This document shows, one piece after another, positions 22,728 to 34,520 of a DNA stretch of 64,000 bases. The position numbers and the translations under genes were made by a program. Position 1 is the first letter of the stretch; the number at the start of each line of letters is the position of its first letter. The stretch comes from Octopus sinensis. Lineage: Eukaryota. A model generated the notes under the pieces. It saw nothing but the letters and a program-made list of their open reading frames with translations, made no database searches and had not been told where the DNA came from. The DNA lies in NCBI RefSeq assembly GCF_006345805.1, contig NC_043000.1, positions 20,460,001 through 20,524,000 of the forward strand. The letters run 5' to 3'.

Positions 22728-25700
22728 TTTACTCTTTTTACTTGTTTCAGTCATTTGACTGCGGCCATGCTGGAGCACCGCCTTTAGTCGAGCAACTCGA
22801 CCCCAGGACTTATTCTTTGTAAGCCCAGTACTTATTCTATCGGTCTCTTTTGCCGAACCGCTAAGTGACGGGGACGTAAACACACCAGCATCAGTTGTCA
22901 AGCAATGCTAGGGGAACAAACACAGACACACAAACATATTCACACACACTTATATATATATACATATATACGACAGGCTTCTTTCAGTTTCCGTCTACCA
23001 AATCCACTCACAAGGCATTGGTCGGCCCGGGGCTATAGCAGAAGACACTTGCCCAAGATGCCACGCAGTGGGACTGAACCCGGAACCATGTGGTTGGTTA
23101 GCAAGCTACTTACCAAACAGCCACTCCTGTGCCTTAGGAAAATTACCCTTTCTATTACTGACACACAGCCTGAAAATTTGATGGGGGTGGGGACAGTCAA
23201 TCACATCGACTCCCATGCTCAACTGGTAATTATTTCATCACCGCCCCCCCCCGCCCCGAGAGGATGAAAGGCAAAGTCAACCTCGGCGGAATTTGAACTC
23301 AGAACATAAAGATGAACGAAACGGTGCTAAGCATTTTGTCTGGCATGCTAACAATTCTGCCAGCTTGCAGCCTAAATCCTCAGAAAAATTACCAGTGCAT
23401 TTATGTAATTATATGGTTTTATAGTATTTCAGTTATTTTGACAGCCTCTGTGTTAGGAGTTTTCCCACATTTTTAATATACTCTATAACAAAGATTCTAA
23501 ACCTTATACTCTTTTTACTTGTTTCAGTCATTTGACTGTGGCCATGCTGGAGCACCGCCTTTAGTCGACCAAATCAACCCCCAGGACTTATTCTTTGCAA
23601 GCCTAGTACTTATTCTATCGGTCTCTTTTGCCGAACTGCTAAGTTACGGGGACGTAAACACACCAGCATCGGTTGTCAAGCGATGTTGGGGGGACAAACA
23701 GACACACAAACGTATGCGCACACACACATACATATATATACATATATATATATACAACAAATATATATATATATATATACACACATACATATCTACGACG
23801 GGCTTCTTTCAGTTTCCGTCTACCAAATCCACTCACAAGGCTTTGGTCGGCCCGAGGCTATAGTAGAAGACACTTGCCCAAGGTGCCACGCAGTGGGACT
23901 GAACCCGGAACCATGTGGTTTGTAAGCAAGCTACTTCCCACACAGCCACTCCTACGCCATCATCATCATCGTTTAAAGTCCGTTTTCCATGCTGGCATGG
24001 GTTAGACAGTTTGACTGAGGTCTGGAAAGCCAGCAGCTGCACCAGGTTCTAATCTGATCTAGCAATGTTTCTACAGCTGGATGCCCTTCCTAACGCCAAC
24101 CACTCAGAGAGTGTAGGGGCTGTTTTTTGCGTTCCACTGGCACAGGAGTCAGTTAGGGGGTACTGACATCGACCCCGTTTGGAAGATGATTTTTACATGC
24201 CACCAGCACAGGAGCCAGTCAGGCGGACCTGGCATCAACCACGTTCAGATACTGCTTTTTACATGCCACCGGCACGGCAGCCAGTCAGGAGATACTGGCA
24301 TCGACCATGGCTGATATACATATATATAAATTATAATTTAGGGTATCTAAGAGATACCACCACGCTTGAAATAGCAGCCAAAACTTAACTAAAGCTACAT
24401 TAAAAGTTCATACAGCACCAGGATAGAAGACAAAAGGACAAAATAAACTAGTAAAAAATTACTGGATGATCGTTCATCATCATCATCATCATTATCGTTT
24501 AGTGTCCGTTTTCCATGCTAGCATGGGTTGGACGGTGCAACTGGGGTCTGTGAAGCCGGAAGGCTTCATCAGGCCAAGTCAGATCTGGCAGTGTTTCTAC
24601 GGCTGGATACCCTTCCTAACGCCAACCATTCCGTGAGTGTAGTGGGTGCTTTTTACGTGCCACCCGCACAGGTGCCAGACAGAGCTGGCAAACGGCCACG
24701 AACGGATGGTGCTTCTTATGTGCCACCAGCACGAGGCCAGTCGGGGCGGCGCTGGCAACGGTCACGAACGGATGGTTCTCTTACATGCCACCGGCACTGG
24801 TAACTCATCTGCAATTTCCATTGATTTATATATATATGGTTTCAGGTTCAGTCCCATGCATGACACCTCGTGCAAGTGTCTTCAGCCTGACCAAAGCCTT
24901 GTAAGTGGATTCGGTAGACAGAAACTCAAAGAAGTCCACCGTATGTGTGTTTGTCTATCACCACTGCTTGACAACTGGTGTTTGTGTGTTTCTATCCCCC
25001 CTGACTTAACTGGTTAGCAAAAGTGACCTATTTGAATAAGTACGGGGATTAGAAAAAATATATACTAGGGTGTGGCTGTGTGGTAAGTAGCTTGCTAACC
25101 AACCACATGGTTCCGGGTTCAGTCCCACTGCGTGGCATCTTGGGCAAGTGTCTTCTGCTATAGCCCAGGGCTGACCAATGCCTTGTGAGTGGATTTGGTA
25201 GACGGAAACTGAAAGAAGCCTGTCGTATATATGTATATGTATATATATGTATGTGTGTGTGTTTGTGTGCCTGTGTTTGTTCCCCTAGCATTGCTTGACA
25301 ACCGATGCTGGTGTGTTTACGTCCCCGTCACTTAGCGGTTCGGCAAAAGAGACCGATAGAATAAGTACTGGGCTTACAAAGAATAAGTCCCGGGGTCGAT
25401 TTGCTCAACTAAAGGTGGTGCTCCAGCATGGCCGCAGTCAAATGACTGAAACAAGTAAAAGAGGGTCAATCCACTCGACTAAGAGTCTTCAAGTGGTACT
25501 TTCAGCATGGCCACAGTCTAATGACCAAAACATGTAAAAAAAAAAAGAAAAAAAAAAAGAGAGAGAGAGAGAGTTTTTCATAAATGCACATACATAAGTA
25601 CATAATGTAGTGGATAGATATGCTTGTTATATCAATAGTTGACTGTCTCTCTTTACCCTTTTACTCTTTTACTTGTTTCAGTCATTTGACTGTGATCATG

Positions 25701-26920
25701 CTGGTGCACCACTTTTAGTCAAGCAAATCAACCCCCCAGGATTTATTCTTTGGAAGCCTAGTACTTATTCTATCTGTCTCTTTTACTGAATCGTTAAGTT
25801 ACGGGGATGTAAACACACCAGCATCGGTTGTCAAGCAATGTTGGTGGTGGTGGGGGACAAACGCAGACATATATATATATTAATCAGCCGAAATTACTAC
25901 GATGATCCGGTTCTTGACTGAAGACTGAGGGGTTCGAATGTCCTGTCCATGTTTATTGTGTCGTCTTCTAAGAGTTATACGTTCTTGTCCATGTTGTATT
26001 TTTCTACATACCTTAATATATATATATATACATGATGGGCTTCTTTCAGTTTCCATCTACCAAATCCACTCACAAGGCTTTGGTCGGCCCAAGGCTATAG
26101 TAGAAGACACTTACCCAAGGTGCCACACAGTAGGACTGAACCCAGAACCATGTGGTTCGTAAGCAAGCTACTTACCACACAACCACTCCTACATCTACTA
26201 TACATTTATTAGGAAAGAATGGAAAGTTATTAAAATCTAAGCTCTCAATATCATCACCATCATCATCATGATTTAATGTCTATATGTAATTATAAATGAA
26301 AAGTATTGGTTTATGGCATTACTTTCCATGGTTTACAATCTTGCAGTTTGTTGAAATGATTGTAAGCCATCAAATAAATTTAACGTGATATGCTCTATTT
26401 TTCACTTATCAATACTTCTGAGATGCAAGTAAACTTGCAGATTTCCTGCTTGTTTAAAACATGAGTTTCCACAAGAGAAATTCTCCTCTTTACAATTTCA
26501 GCCAGGCCATTGCATAAGTACTTCCTAAGATTAATGCTTCGATTAGCTAATCCTTCTCCATGTGGTAAGTAGCTTGCTAACCAACCACATGGTTCCGGGT
26601 TCAGTCCCACTGGGTGGCACCTTGGGCAAGTGTCTTCTGCTATAGCCCCAAGCCGACCAATGCCTTGTGAGTGGATTTGGTAGACGGAAACTGAAAGAAG
26701 CCCGTCGTATGTATGTTTATGTATGTGTCTGTGTTTATCCCCCTAGCATTGCTTGACAACCGATGCTGGTGAGCTTACGTGCCTGTCATCTAGCGGTTTG
26801 GCAAAAGAGACCGATAGAATAAGTACTGGGCTTACAAAGAATAAGTCCCGGGGTCGATTTGCTCGACTAAAGGCAGTGCTCCAGCATGGCCGCTGTCAAA
26901 TGACTGAAACAAGTAAAAGA

Positions 26921-26922
<2 letters not shown>
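22728..26922. mobile_element. Cluster of SINE A copies (22728-, 23505-, 25068+, 25640-, 26560+), SINE B (23195-) and RTE-tail repeats (23957-24820)
   Basis: Repeated matches to family sequences; (CAT)n tails on the RTE-tail repeats. Confidence 0.85.
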
Positions 26923-26951
<29 letters not shown>

Positions 26952-26956
<5 letters not shown>

Positions 26957-27175
26957 ATTACTAAAGCGACAGACAGTGCTAGTAAGTACCAGCATTGCTA
27001 GAAATAACAGTTAAAACAACTCTTAGCTACATGAGAGCACTTGACTCCATCTTGCTTGTCAGCCTGTCTCCCTTGTCAGTCTTAGAAAAGTGCTCTCACA
27101 TGGCTAAGTTTTAACTGTTATTTCTAGCAATACTGGCACCTACTAGTACCCTCTATCACTTTAGTGATGACTGCA
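26952..27175. repeat. Imperfect palindrome (~90-bp arms)
   Basis: gtcattactaaag...gagagcactt / aagtgctctc...ctttagtgatgac. Confidence 0.75.
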
Positions 27176-27215
27176 CTAGTTGCCTATCGGTTCAAAATTG
27201 TGAATACTCACCTTA

Positions 27216-27278
<63 letters not shown>

Positions 27279-27434
27279 GTGTGTGTGTGTATTTTCAATG
27301 TGTACAAATAACACAGAAAAATAAATAAATAGTTACCAGGGTAGCAAAATTCACATAATTGCCAAGGACATTACAGCCTACTTATAAAAATAGAAATTCC
27401 AGGGTTAAGCGAAATGTTTCTTGTATAACATGGA

Positions 27435-27731
27435 TAAATTAAGAAATGGAGTCAAATGCAGGTGTTATTTAAATCTTTATACTTCCAACATATGTTTCGA
27501 AGAGCACATTAATATTATTCTGGAGGGATAAAATAATGTAAAACAACGCATTTGTCTTGTCAGTTAAAACAGCTTATTAATGAGTTTGTTCTTTTTGTCT
27601 CTGACGAGATGATTGCATTGTTTTACATCATTTTATTCCCTCCAGAATAATATCAATTTTTTTCTTCGAAACATATGTCAGAAGTATAAAGATTTGAATA
27701 ACACCTGCATTTGACTCCATTTCTTAATTTA
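27435..27731. repeat. Palindrome of two inverted PLE terminal repeats with decayed HHR motifs on both strands
   Basis: ~120-bp arms; + strand CTGACGA (27601) ... CGAAAC ATAT GTC (27667-27679); - strand CTGACAA ... CGAAAC ATAT GTT. Confidence 0.7.
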
Positions 27732-27934
27732 TATATATATAGTATTATTTTGGATCTCTATCTTAAGACTTACAGATGGGAGATGTTCTGTGTGTTTATA
27801 CATAGATGTTTATATCTTTTATGAATTTATTGCATTTATATTAATATTTATATTCTTTAAATGTATTTCCTATATTGTGATAAAACATGTAACACAAAAT
27901 AAAAATGGTATCACATATTCCAGTCATTATTTTA

Positions 27935-27982
<48 letters not shown>

Positions 27983-27987
27983 CATAA

Positions 27988-28635
27988 CCCAAAAAGAAAG
28001 AACAATTAAAAACCCTTCCCTACATCTCTACACACAACCCACTCAACAATGAGGCATTCAGCACCATACTACAAAGCACAGCCCTGCTAAAGGGAGACCC
28101 AAAGATGAACCGGATCCTCGAAACACACACCATCATTAAAAGTAAACGGCAACCAAAATCCTTGAAAAGGATTTTAATCCAAGCTAAACTGCACTCAACA
28201 TCAACCACAAAACCAGCAGTTAGAAAATGTGGAAGGCCCAACTGCGGAATCTGTGTCATCTTGGTAGAAGGTTCAGAATTTATACTAGAACAAGGCCATC
28301 AGTTCACCATTAGAGCAAACTTCACCTGCGCATCAGAAAACTTAATTTACGTCTTAACATGCGCAGGCTGCAATAGGCAGTATATAGGCCATACAAAAAA
28401 TAGCTTACGTAACAGGATGGTGGTGCATAAATCACAAATTAGAAACCCTGAATACCGGAAAATACCGGTCAGCGGACACATAGATAGATGTGCTGCAAAT
28501 GTAAATCCGAAATTTACAACTTACCCACTTTATAAATTCAGTGACAGCGTAACCTTCACGCAACGCCAAAATAAAGAACTTTATTTCATCAAAAAATTTA
28601 GACCAAGTTTGAACACCCTGGGCCAGGAATATTAA
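27988..28635 (+). CDS. PLE C-terminal GIY-YIG endonuclease fragment (Neptune-like, Cys motif before the domain)
   Basis: KCGRPNCGIC...NLIYVLTCAGCNRQYIGHTKNSLRNRMVVH...GH...KELYFIKKFRPSLN; frame open from 27988. Confidence 0.9.
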   Translation, partial: PKKKEQLKTLPYISTHNPLNNEAFSTILQSTALLKGDPKMNRILETHTIIKSKRQPKSLKRILIQAKLHSTSTTKPAVRKCGRPNCGICVILVEGSEFILEQGHQFTIRANFTCASENLIYVLTCAGCNRQYIGHTKNSLRNRMVVHKSQIRNPEYRKIPVSGHIDRCAANVNPKFTTYPLYKFSDSVTFTQRQNKELYFIKKFRPSLNTLGQEY

Positions 28636-29613
28636 AACAAAACATTGGTCCTCCGAAAAAGAGAAATGAAATTCTACCACAACCACTACGACTGCCCCAA
28701 CTCGCACTACTACTACAACCACCGTGGTCACTGTTGCTACGGCCACAGTGAGGGAATTATAATAATGGAGGTGGGGCGAATTACAATTTCTCAGATCCTT
28801 AAACAGTCACTCACGCTAACAATGATATGTCTTAGGGAAGGAAAAATGTATAAAAAGATCTCTTTCTCTACGAGCAGATCTAATCCTGATTCGTCAAAAA
28901 ACTGATGACGTATTACCTCAGTGGTCAAGCTATTGTCACCCTGCTTGGTCGGTTTCCCCACACGATACAGCAATGGATCAGACCCGATTCTGATTGGTCA
29001 AAACATTGATGACATCTCGTTCTGCTGGACTAGCCACCTAACAGGATACAGTTATGGGTCAGATCTAATTTCGATTCGTCAAAAAAATGATGACATATTT
29101 CTTCCGTGGCCAAACTGTCGTTCCGCTTGGTTGGTTTCCTAACAGGATACAGTTAGGAGTCTTTTCACTATATTCGTTGAAACTGGGTTTTGATTGGTTT
29201 GGAACTATATGACGTCAGTGAAAAGTGCAAGTGACCACAGCTTAGCTGAGCTGATATAAATCCAACAATCACAAAATTCACCAAAATTATGCGAGCAGAC
29301 ACCGACCAAAAATCATTACTGTTGCTCCCATTGGAACACAAGGTAAAATCTAAAATGAACTCCTCGCCTTTTCAAGAACATGAATTTTTTATATTTGACT
29401 CTATTGAATGTATGTCACAATTATGAACTACTACATCATACTCTTTAAACATATAGCATGGACTCCCCTTATTATATATGAATTTTTTATATTTGACTCT
29501 ATTGAATATTATATATGAATTTTTTATATTTGACTCCATTGAATATATGTCACAATTATGAACTATTACATCATACTCTTTAAACATATAGCATGAACTC
29601 TCTTTATTATATA

Positions 29614-29666
29614 TAATTTTTTTGATAAGGTTCGTCATTTCAAGAACCGAAACATGTTAAAAATTA
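29614..29666 (+). ncRNA. Minimal type I hammerhead ribozyme with U3-A8 core variant
   Basis: taattttt-TTGATAA-ggttc(gtcatttcaa)gaacc-GAAAC at GTT-aaaaatta: 8-bp stem I, 5-bp stem II, palindromic stem III. Confidence 0.7.
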
Positions 29667-29744
29667 AAATTTGTCTAATATAGCAGCATTTTCAAACTTC
29701 ATTTTTTACAAATATATACCCACTCGTATACGAGCTAATCTTAT

Positions 29745-29786
<42 letters not shown>

Positions 29787-29957
29787 ATTGAGATAGGGGT
29801 TGTGAATGCAACCCTCCATGGGATAACATACATCCAATATACCGCTAGTGAAGTACCCAACAAAGTTAATACATAAATGTTAAGAATTGCGATGCAATAA
29901 ATTCATTTACTGTATTATATGGGCAAAGGTAAAATGTTTTACCACAAATTAATAATA

Positions 29958-30121
29958 CAAAATAAGAAAATGGAGAAATACATCTAAATCAATTATCAAC
30001 TACCAGATAATACCTAATCACATTCTTTATTAAACCACTCTTATGTAGTGGTTTAATAAAGTATGTGATTAGGTATTATCTGGTAGTTGATAATTGATTT
30101 AGATGTATTTCTCCATTTTCT

Positions 30122-30128
<7 letters not shown>
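29958..30128. repeat. Near-perfect palindrome (~82-bp arms, 7-nt loop) ending at (TA)n
   Basis: aaaataagaaaatgg...aaaccact cttatgt agtggttt...ccattttcttatttt. Confidence 0.9.
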
Positions 30129-30160
<32 letters not shown>

Positions 30161-30163
<3 letters not shown>

Positions 30164-30440
30164 GGTGTTTCAAAAATTTGATATCACAGAAACTACAAAG
30201 TCAAAACAAATGAAACTAAACAGGCTTAATGTTGAGTAGCACAAGATTTATTCTTCCAAATTTGAATGAGAAATTCAAAGGTATGTGGATTCCATGAACA
30301 ATTTCACAAATACGCACCACCTGAGACACGGCACATGTCAAGTCAGTTGTCCAGCTCCTCCCAAACATGCTGTAGCATATCTTGGGTAACAGTCTCCAGT
30401 ACGGTAGTGATTCTCTGCTTAACAACATACCGAAAATTTA
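30161..30440 (-). mobile_element. Tc1/mariner 3' remnant
   Basis: TA|CAGGGTG terminal repeat; minus strand KQRITTVLETVTQDMLQHVWEELD resembles a transposase C-terminus. Confidence 0.7.
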
Positions 30441-30797
30441 GAAATAGCAGCCAAAGACAGCTTATTCCTTTTTACTACAGATATTACTCCATAGATAACA
30501 ATACTTGTAACTCACATAGGCAAAAGAAGTGTGTGTTTCACACTTGAATGCCTTACATTCTAAGGGTGCTGAACCTCATCCAGGTCATGACTGTTGGATA
30601 CCCAATATGCCATTGTCTGCATTGCAACCCACCTGGATGGTTGAGGTGCCCCAGAGGCAAGGTAGCTTTGGTGCTGTAACCAGCTCAGATTAGATGACAG
30701 TTGACTGAAGTGTAAATTATACCTTTTGAAAATTCACTTCCATTCCTTCTTGACCAGATCCAATTGGAACACTTCTTAGCTGTTTCTGCCGTTGCCC

Positions 30798-31024
30798 TAA
30801 CTCTTTCATTACCATATTTCTGTTGAGATGCTCTGTGTTTCTTTCAATTATTTTAAATATAACAAAGAATTTAGTAAAATAACTTAATCATCATTAAGCT
30901 AGTGTTGGGAACATAAATTGGGACTAAGGTTTGATGGAAGATTTTAATTCAAAATTTATGAAAACAAGACATTTGTACTACAGAGCCAAACCGGTTTCAG
31001 CCGGGTTGGTAATGAAAGGGTTAA
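30798..31024. mobile_element. piggyBac-like MITE
   Basis: ctaa-ctctttcattacc ... ggtaatgaaaggg-ttaa terminal inverted repeats with TTAA-like target. Confidence 0.65.
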
Positions 31025-32191
31025 GAGGTTTGGATCTCTGCCTCCCAGAAATTGAAAACCATTTCATAAGATCATTGGCCTTCCTTTATGGTGAGGACTT
31101 TGGTTTGGAAGTCAGATTCTCTCCAGAGTTTTCATTTAACAACATCAAACATTTCCCTACTTAGAATCAAAGGTCAAGATCAGTGGTTCTTAACCAGAGT
31201 CCATAAAAGATTTTTGGGGACCTACACAGCAAAATAGTATATTGGGGATTCACAATAGTATTTTAAGGGTCCCTGAAAAAATTTTGCTTTAGATGTATGC
31301 ATTGGCATTTATTGCAAAAAACATCTAGGTTTCTTTCTCTGACATTTTACATAGTTCAACCCATACAAATTAATGTGTGAAAATATTAATAAATAATTTT
31401 CTATAAATTAGGTTTTAAACATTGAATGGCTATGAGGGTTCACCAGAATAAAATATCAAATAGGCTTTGTACCAAAGTGATTACAAATAGCAGTTTATAT
31501 TCTGTGTGGGTGTGTCTTAGGTGTAGCTTTGTAAGTTTAAATTTCCAAGAAAAATGAGAAAATAAAAAGAATTGTGTGTGAGGAGAAAGAGAGTGGTTTT
31601 ATATATATATAGGGATGTTGGTGCAGACAGGAAAAATAGAACTCAAAATATGAGTATATTTATATTTTCATTAATATTTAACAGAAGTAACAGAATGACT
31701 CAAGGTCCAAGAGTTTCATACAATGGTACTTATCAAACTGTTCTTTGATTGGTGCTAATGCATGAAACTCTTAGATCTTGAGTCACTCTGTTACTTCTAC
31801 AAAGTATTAATATATATATAATATATAAATTAGAGAAAAAAAACACTATTATGTAATTCAAACAATGGTAGACATAAACCAAATCATAAATATAATATAT
31901 TTTTATAAAACATATAACTAGATCACAAAAAGTATAAAAATGAATAATCAATATATAATAAGTAAAAACACTAAAAAAAACTATGTATGTTTCATAGCTA
32001 TAATTAAATTTGAATTACAATTAAATTTAAATTTAATCGAAAATTAATTCAATTTAAAATTATAGTAACTCTTCAGGTTAACAATAATAGTTAAATAAAT
32101 AAGCAAATAAAAAAAATAAAATAATGATTTTTTCTTATAGAAGAAACTCCATTAACTAAATTTGAAACTTAAAACATATATATCAAATATG

Positions 32192-33032
32192 GTGTGCAAG
32201 AGAGAGGACTGCACTGGTATGGTCAGGTGTTTTTTAATGATGAAGACAGCTGTGTGAGGAAGTGCCACACCCTAACTGTGGAAGGAACCTGTGGAAGAGG
32301 TAGACCCAAGCAGACATGGGATGAGGTGGTGAAGCATGACTTTCGAACATTAGGCTTCACAAAGGCAATGACAGGAGACCGAGACCTTTGGACATATGCT
32401 GTGAATGAGAAGACCTGGCAACTAAAGTGAGATCACAGCCATGGCCCATGCCAGTGTTGTATATCCGGCCCTTTTAAAAGTACCCTTGATGCATTGGGCG
32501 ATATGATATGCTTGAGAAAAGTTGTTGAGTCAAGTAAAACCAATATTGTAGCTGTGGCCAGTGCCCTCTGACTGGCTCCCATGCCAGTGACACATAAAAA
32601 ACACCATCTGAACGTGGTCAACATCAGGTCTGTCTGACTTGCTTCCATGCTGGTGGCACGTAAAAAGCACCATCCGAACGTGATTGATGCCAGTGCCCAC
32701 TCCCAACTGGCTCCCATGTCAGTGGCACATAAATGGTACCACCCGAACGTGGTTGATGCCAATGCTTCTTGACTGGCTTCCATGCCGGTAGCACATAAGA
32801 AGCACTATCTGAACGTGATCAATGCCAGGTCTGCCTGGCTGGCTCCTGTGCTGGTGGCACATAAAAAGCACCCACTACACTCTTGGAGTGGTTGGTGTTA
32901 GGAAGGGCATCCAGCTGTTGAAACATTGCCAGATCAGATTGGAACTTGGTGCACCCGCTGGTTTTGTAGACCTCCTTCAAACTGTCCAACCCATGCCAGC
33001 ATGAAAAACTGGCACTAAACGATGATGATGAT
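32192..33032 (+). mobile_element. RTE LINE 3' end: ORF2 C-terminus, tandemly repeated 3' UTR, (GAT)n tail
   Basis: LHWYGQV...GRGRPKQTWDEVV...DRDLW; five ~67-bp units at ~32570-32875. Confidence 0.85.
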
Positions 33033-33042
33033 GGTATGTATG

Positions 33043-33096
<54 letters not shown>

Positions 33097-33213
33097 CATA
33101 TGCACATACATACACCCATATACGTATTATGTATGTATGTATATGTATATATATTATATATATATATATATACATGTATGTATGGGTTTGTGTATGTGTA
33201 TATGTATGCATGT

Positions 33214-33247
<34 letters not shown>

Positions 33248-33274
33248 ATGGGTTTGTGTATATGTATGCATGTA

Positions 33275-33331
<57 letters not shown>

Positions 33332-33387
33332 CATATATATATATACATGTATGTATGGGTTTGTGTATGTGTATATGTATGCATGTA

Positions 33388-33425
<38 letters not shown>

Positions 33426-33604
33426 TATATACATGTATGTATGGGTTTGTGTATGTGTATATGTATGCATGTATATATGTATATATACATATATATAAAT
33501 ATACGATAAATAAGACCCCAAAGTACTATATGTAGATGCATATAATGCTGTAGGGTTACACCTGATTGATTTAGAAATTCGTTTTCCCAAATTATTTATA
33601 TGTA

Positions 33605-33658
<54 letters not shown>
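33033..33658. repeat. Compound microsatellite with four ~45-bp higher-order units
   Basis: acatgtatgtatgggtttgtgtat...gcatg repeated between (TA)n tracts. Confidence 0.9.
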
Positions 33659-33659
<1 letters not shown>

Positions 33660-33869
33660 CCATGTGCTTTCAGGTTTAGTCTCACTCCATGGCACCTTGT
33701 GTCCAGTGTCTTGTACTATATAGCCTGTGGGTCAGCCAAGGCCATATATGTGGATTTAGTAGACAGAAACTGATGGGTGGAAAAACACAATTATGCAGTT
33801 AAATAAGTATGAGTTTGAATTAATCCTCTTTGATAAGAAGCTGAACTTAAGCTGCTATACACTCCTCCC

Positions 33870-34520
33870 TCTTGGCATCAAACATCTCTAGGAGCCTCAG
33901 GGTAACTGTCAACAACAACTTAAGCTGGAATGCCCACATAAACAACAAAGTCAACATGGCCCACAGGGCGTGCTCCTGAATCCTTAGAACTTTTGGGTCT
34001 AGAGATACTTCTACCATTATTATCCTTCTCTTCTCATCTTTTTCCCATTCTCATCTTGAATACTGCTGTCCACTGAGGTCTACCTACATGAAACAAAGTA
34101 TTATAAAAATTGAAGCATCCCCAGGGATTGGCCACAAGGAAAATAGATGACAGGACAGGTTTTGACAATTGGAATCATCTTGAGAAACTCAAACCATACT
34201 CCCTCCAATGCTGCTGTGTGTGCTATTTCATTTGTAAGGTGTGGAAAATATTCCAACAGTATTGCCCAAATGATGTTAAGAAATACATAAAGTTTGGCTA
34301 TTCTCCTCTACAAAAATCATGCTTGCATCACATCTCAATACAAAGACAGAGCTATTTCACCTCAACAGGTCCTGCTCTTTAAAATCATGCCAAGACATAT
34401 AAAGGAAGAAAAAAGAACTCATAACATTCAAATGGTTCCTGGGTGAATGCCTCCAACAAATTCCAGATAAATCTCCTGCACCCAATAACCATTTACTCTC
34501 TGCAAACAATAACCCTTTAC
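33870..34520 (+). mobile_element. Old CR1-like LINE remnant
   Basis: VTVNNNLSWNAHIN...HLEYCCP resembles CR1 ORF2 C-terminus; many disruptions. Confidence 0.65.

Larger units (their letters stand above)
27981..29745 (+). mobile_element. 5'-truncated Penelope-like element with long 3' terminal repeat, flanked by (TA)n
   Basis: GIY-YIG ORF end, tandem-repeat-rich 3' region, terminal HHR motif. Confidence 0.85.

Noticed and set aside
28876-29612. CRISPR-like array (also the ~67-bp units at 32.6-32.9 kb)
   Set aside because: Degenerate tandem units with no repeat-spacer structure; eukaryotic retroelement context
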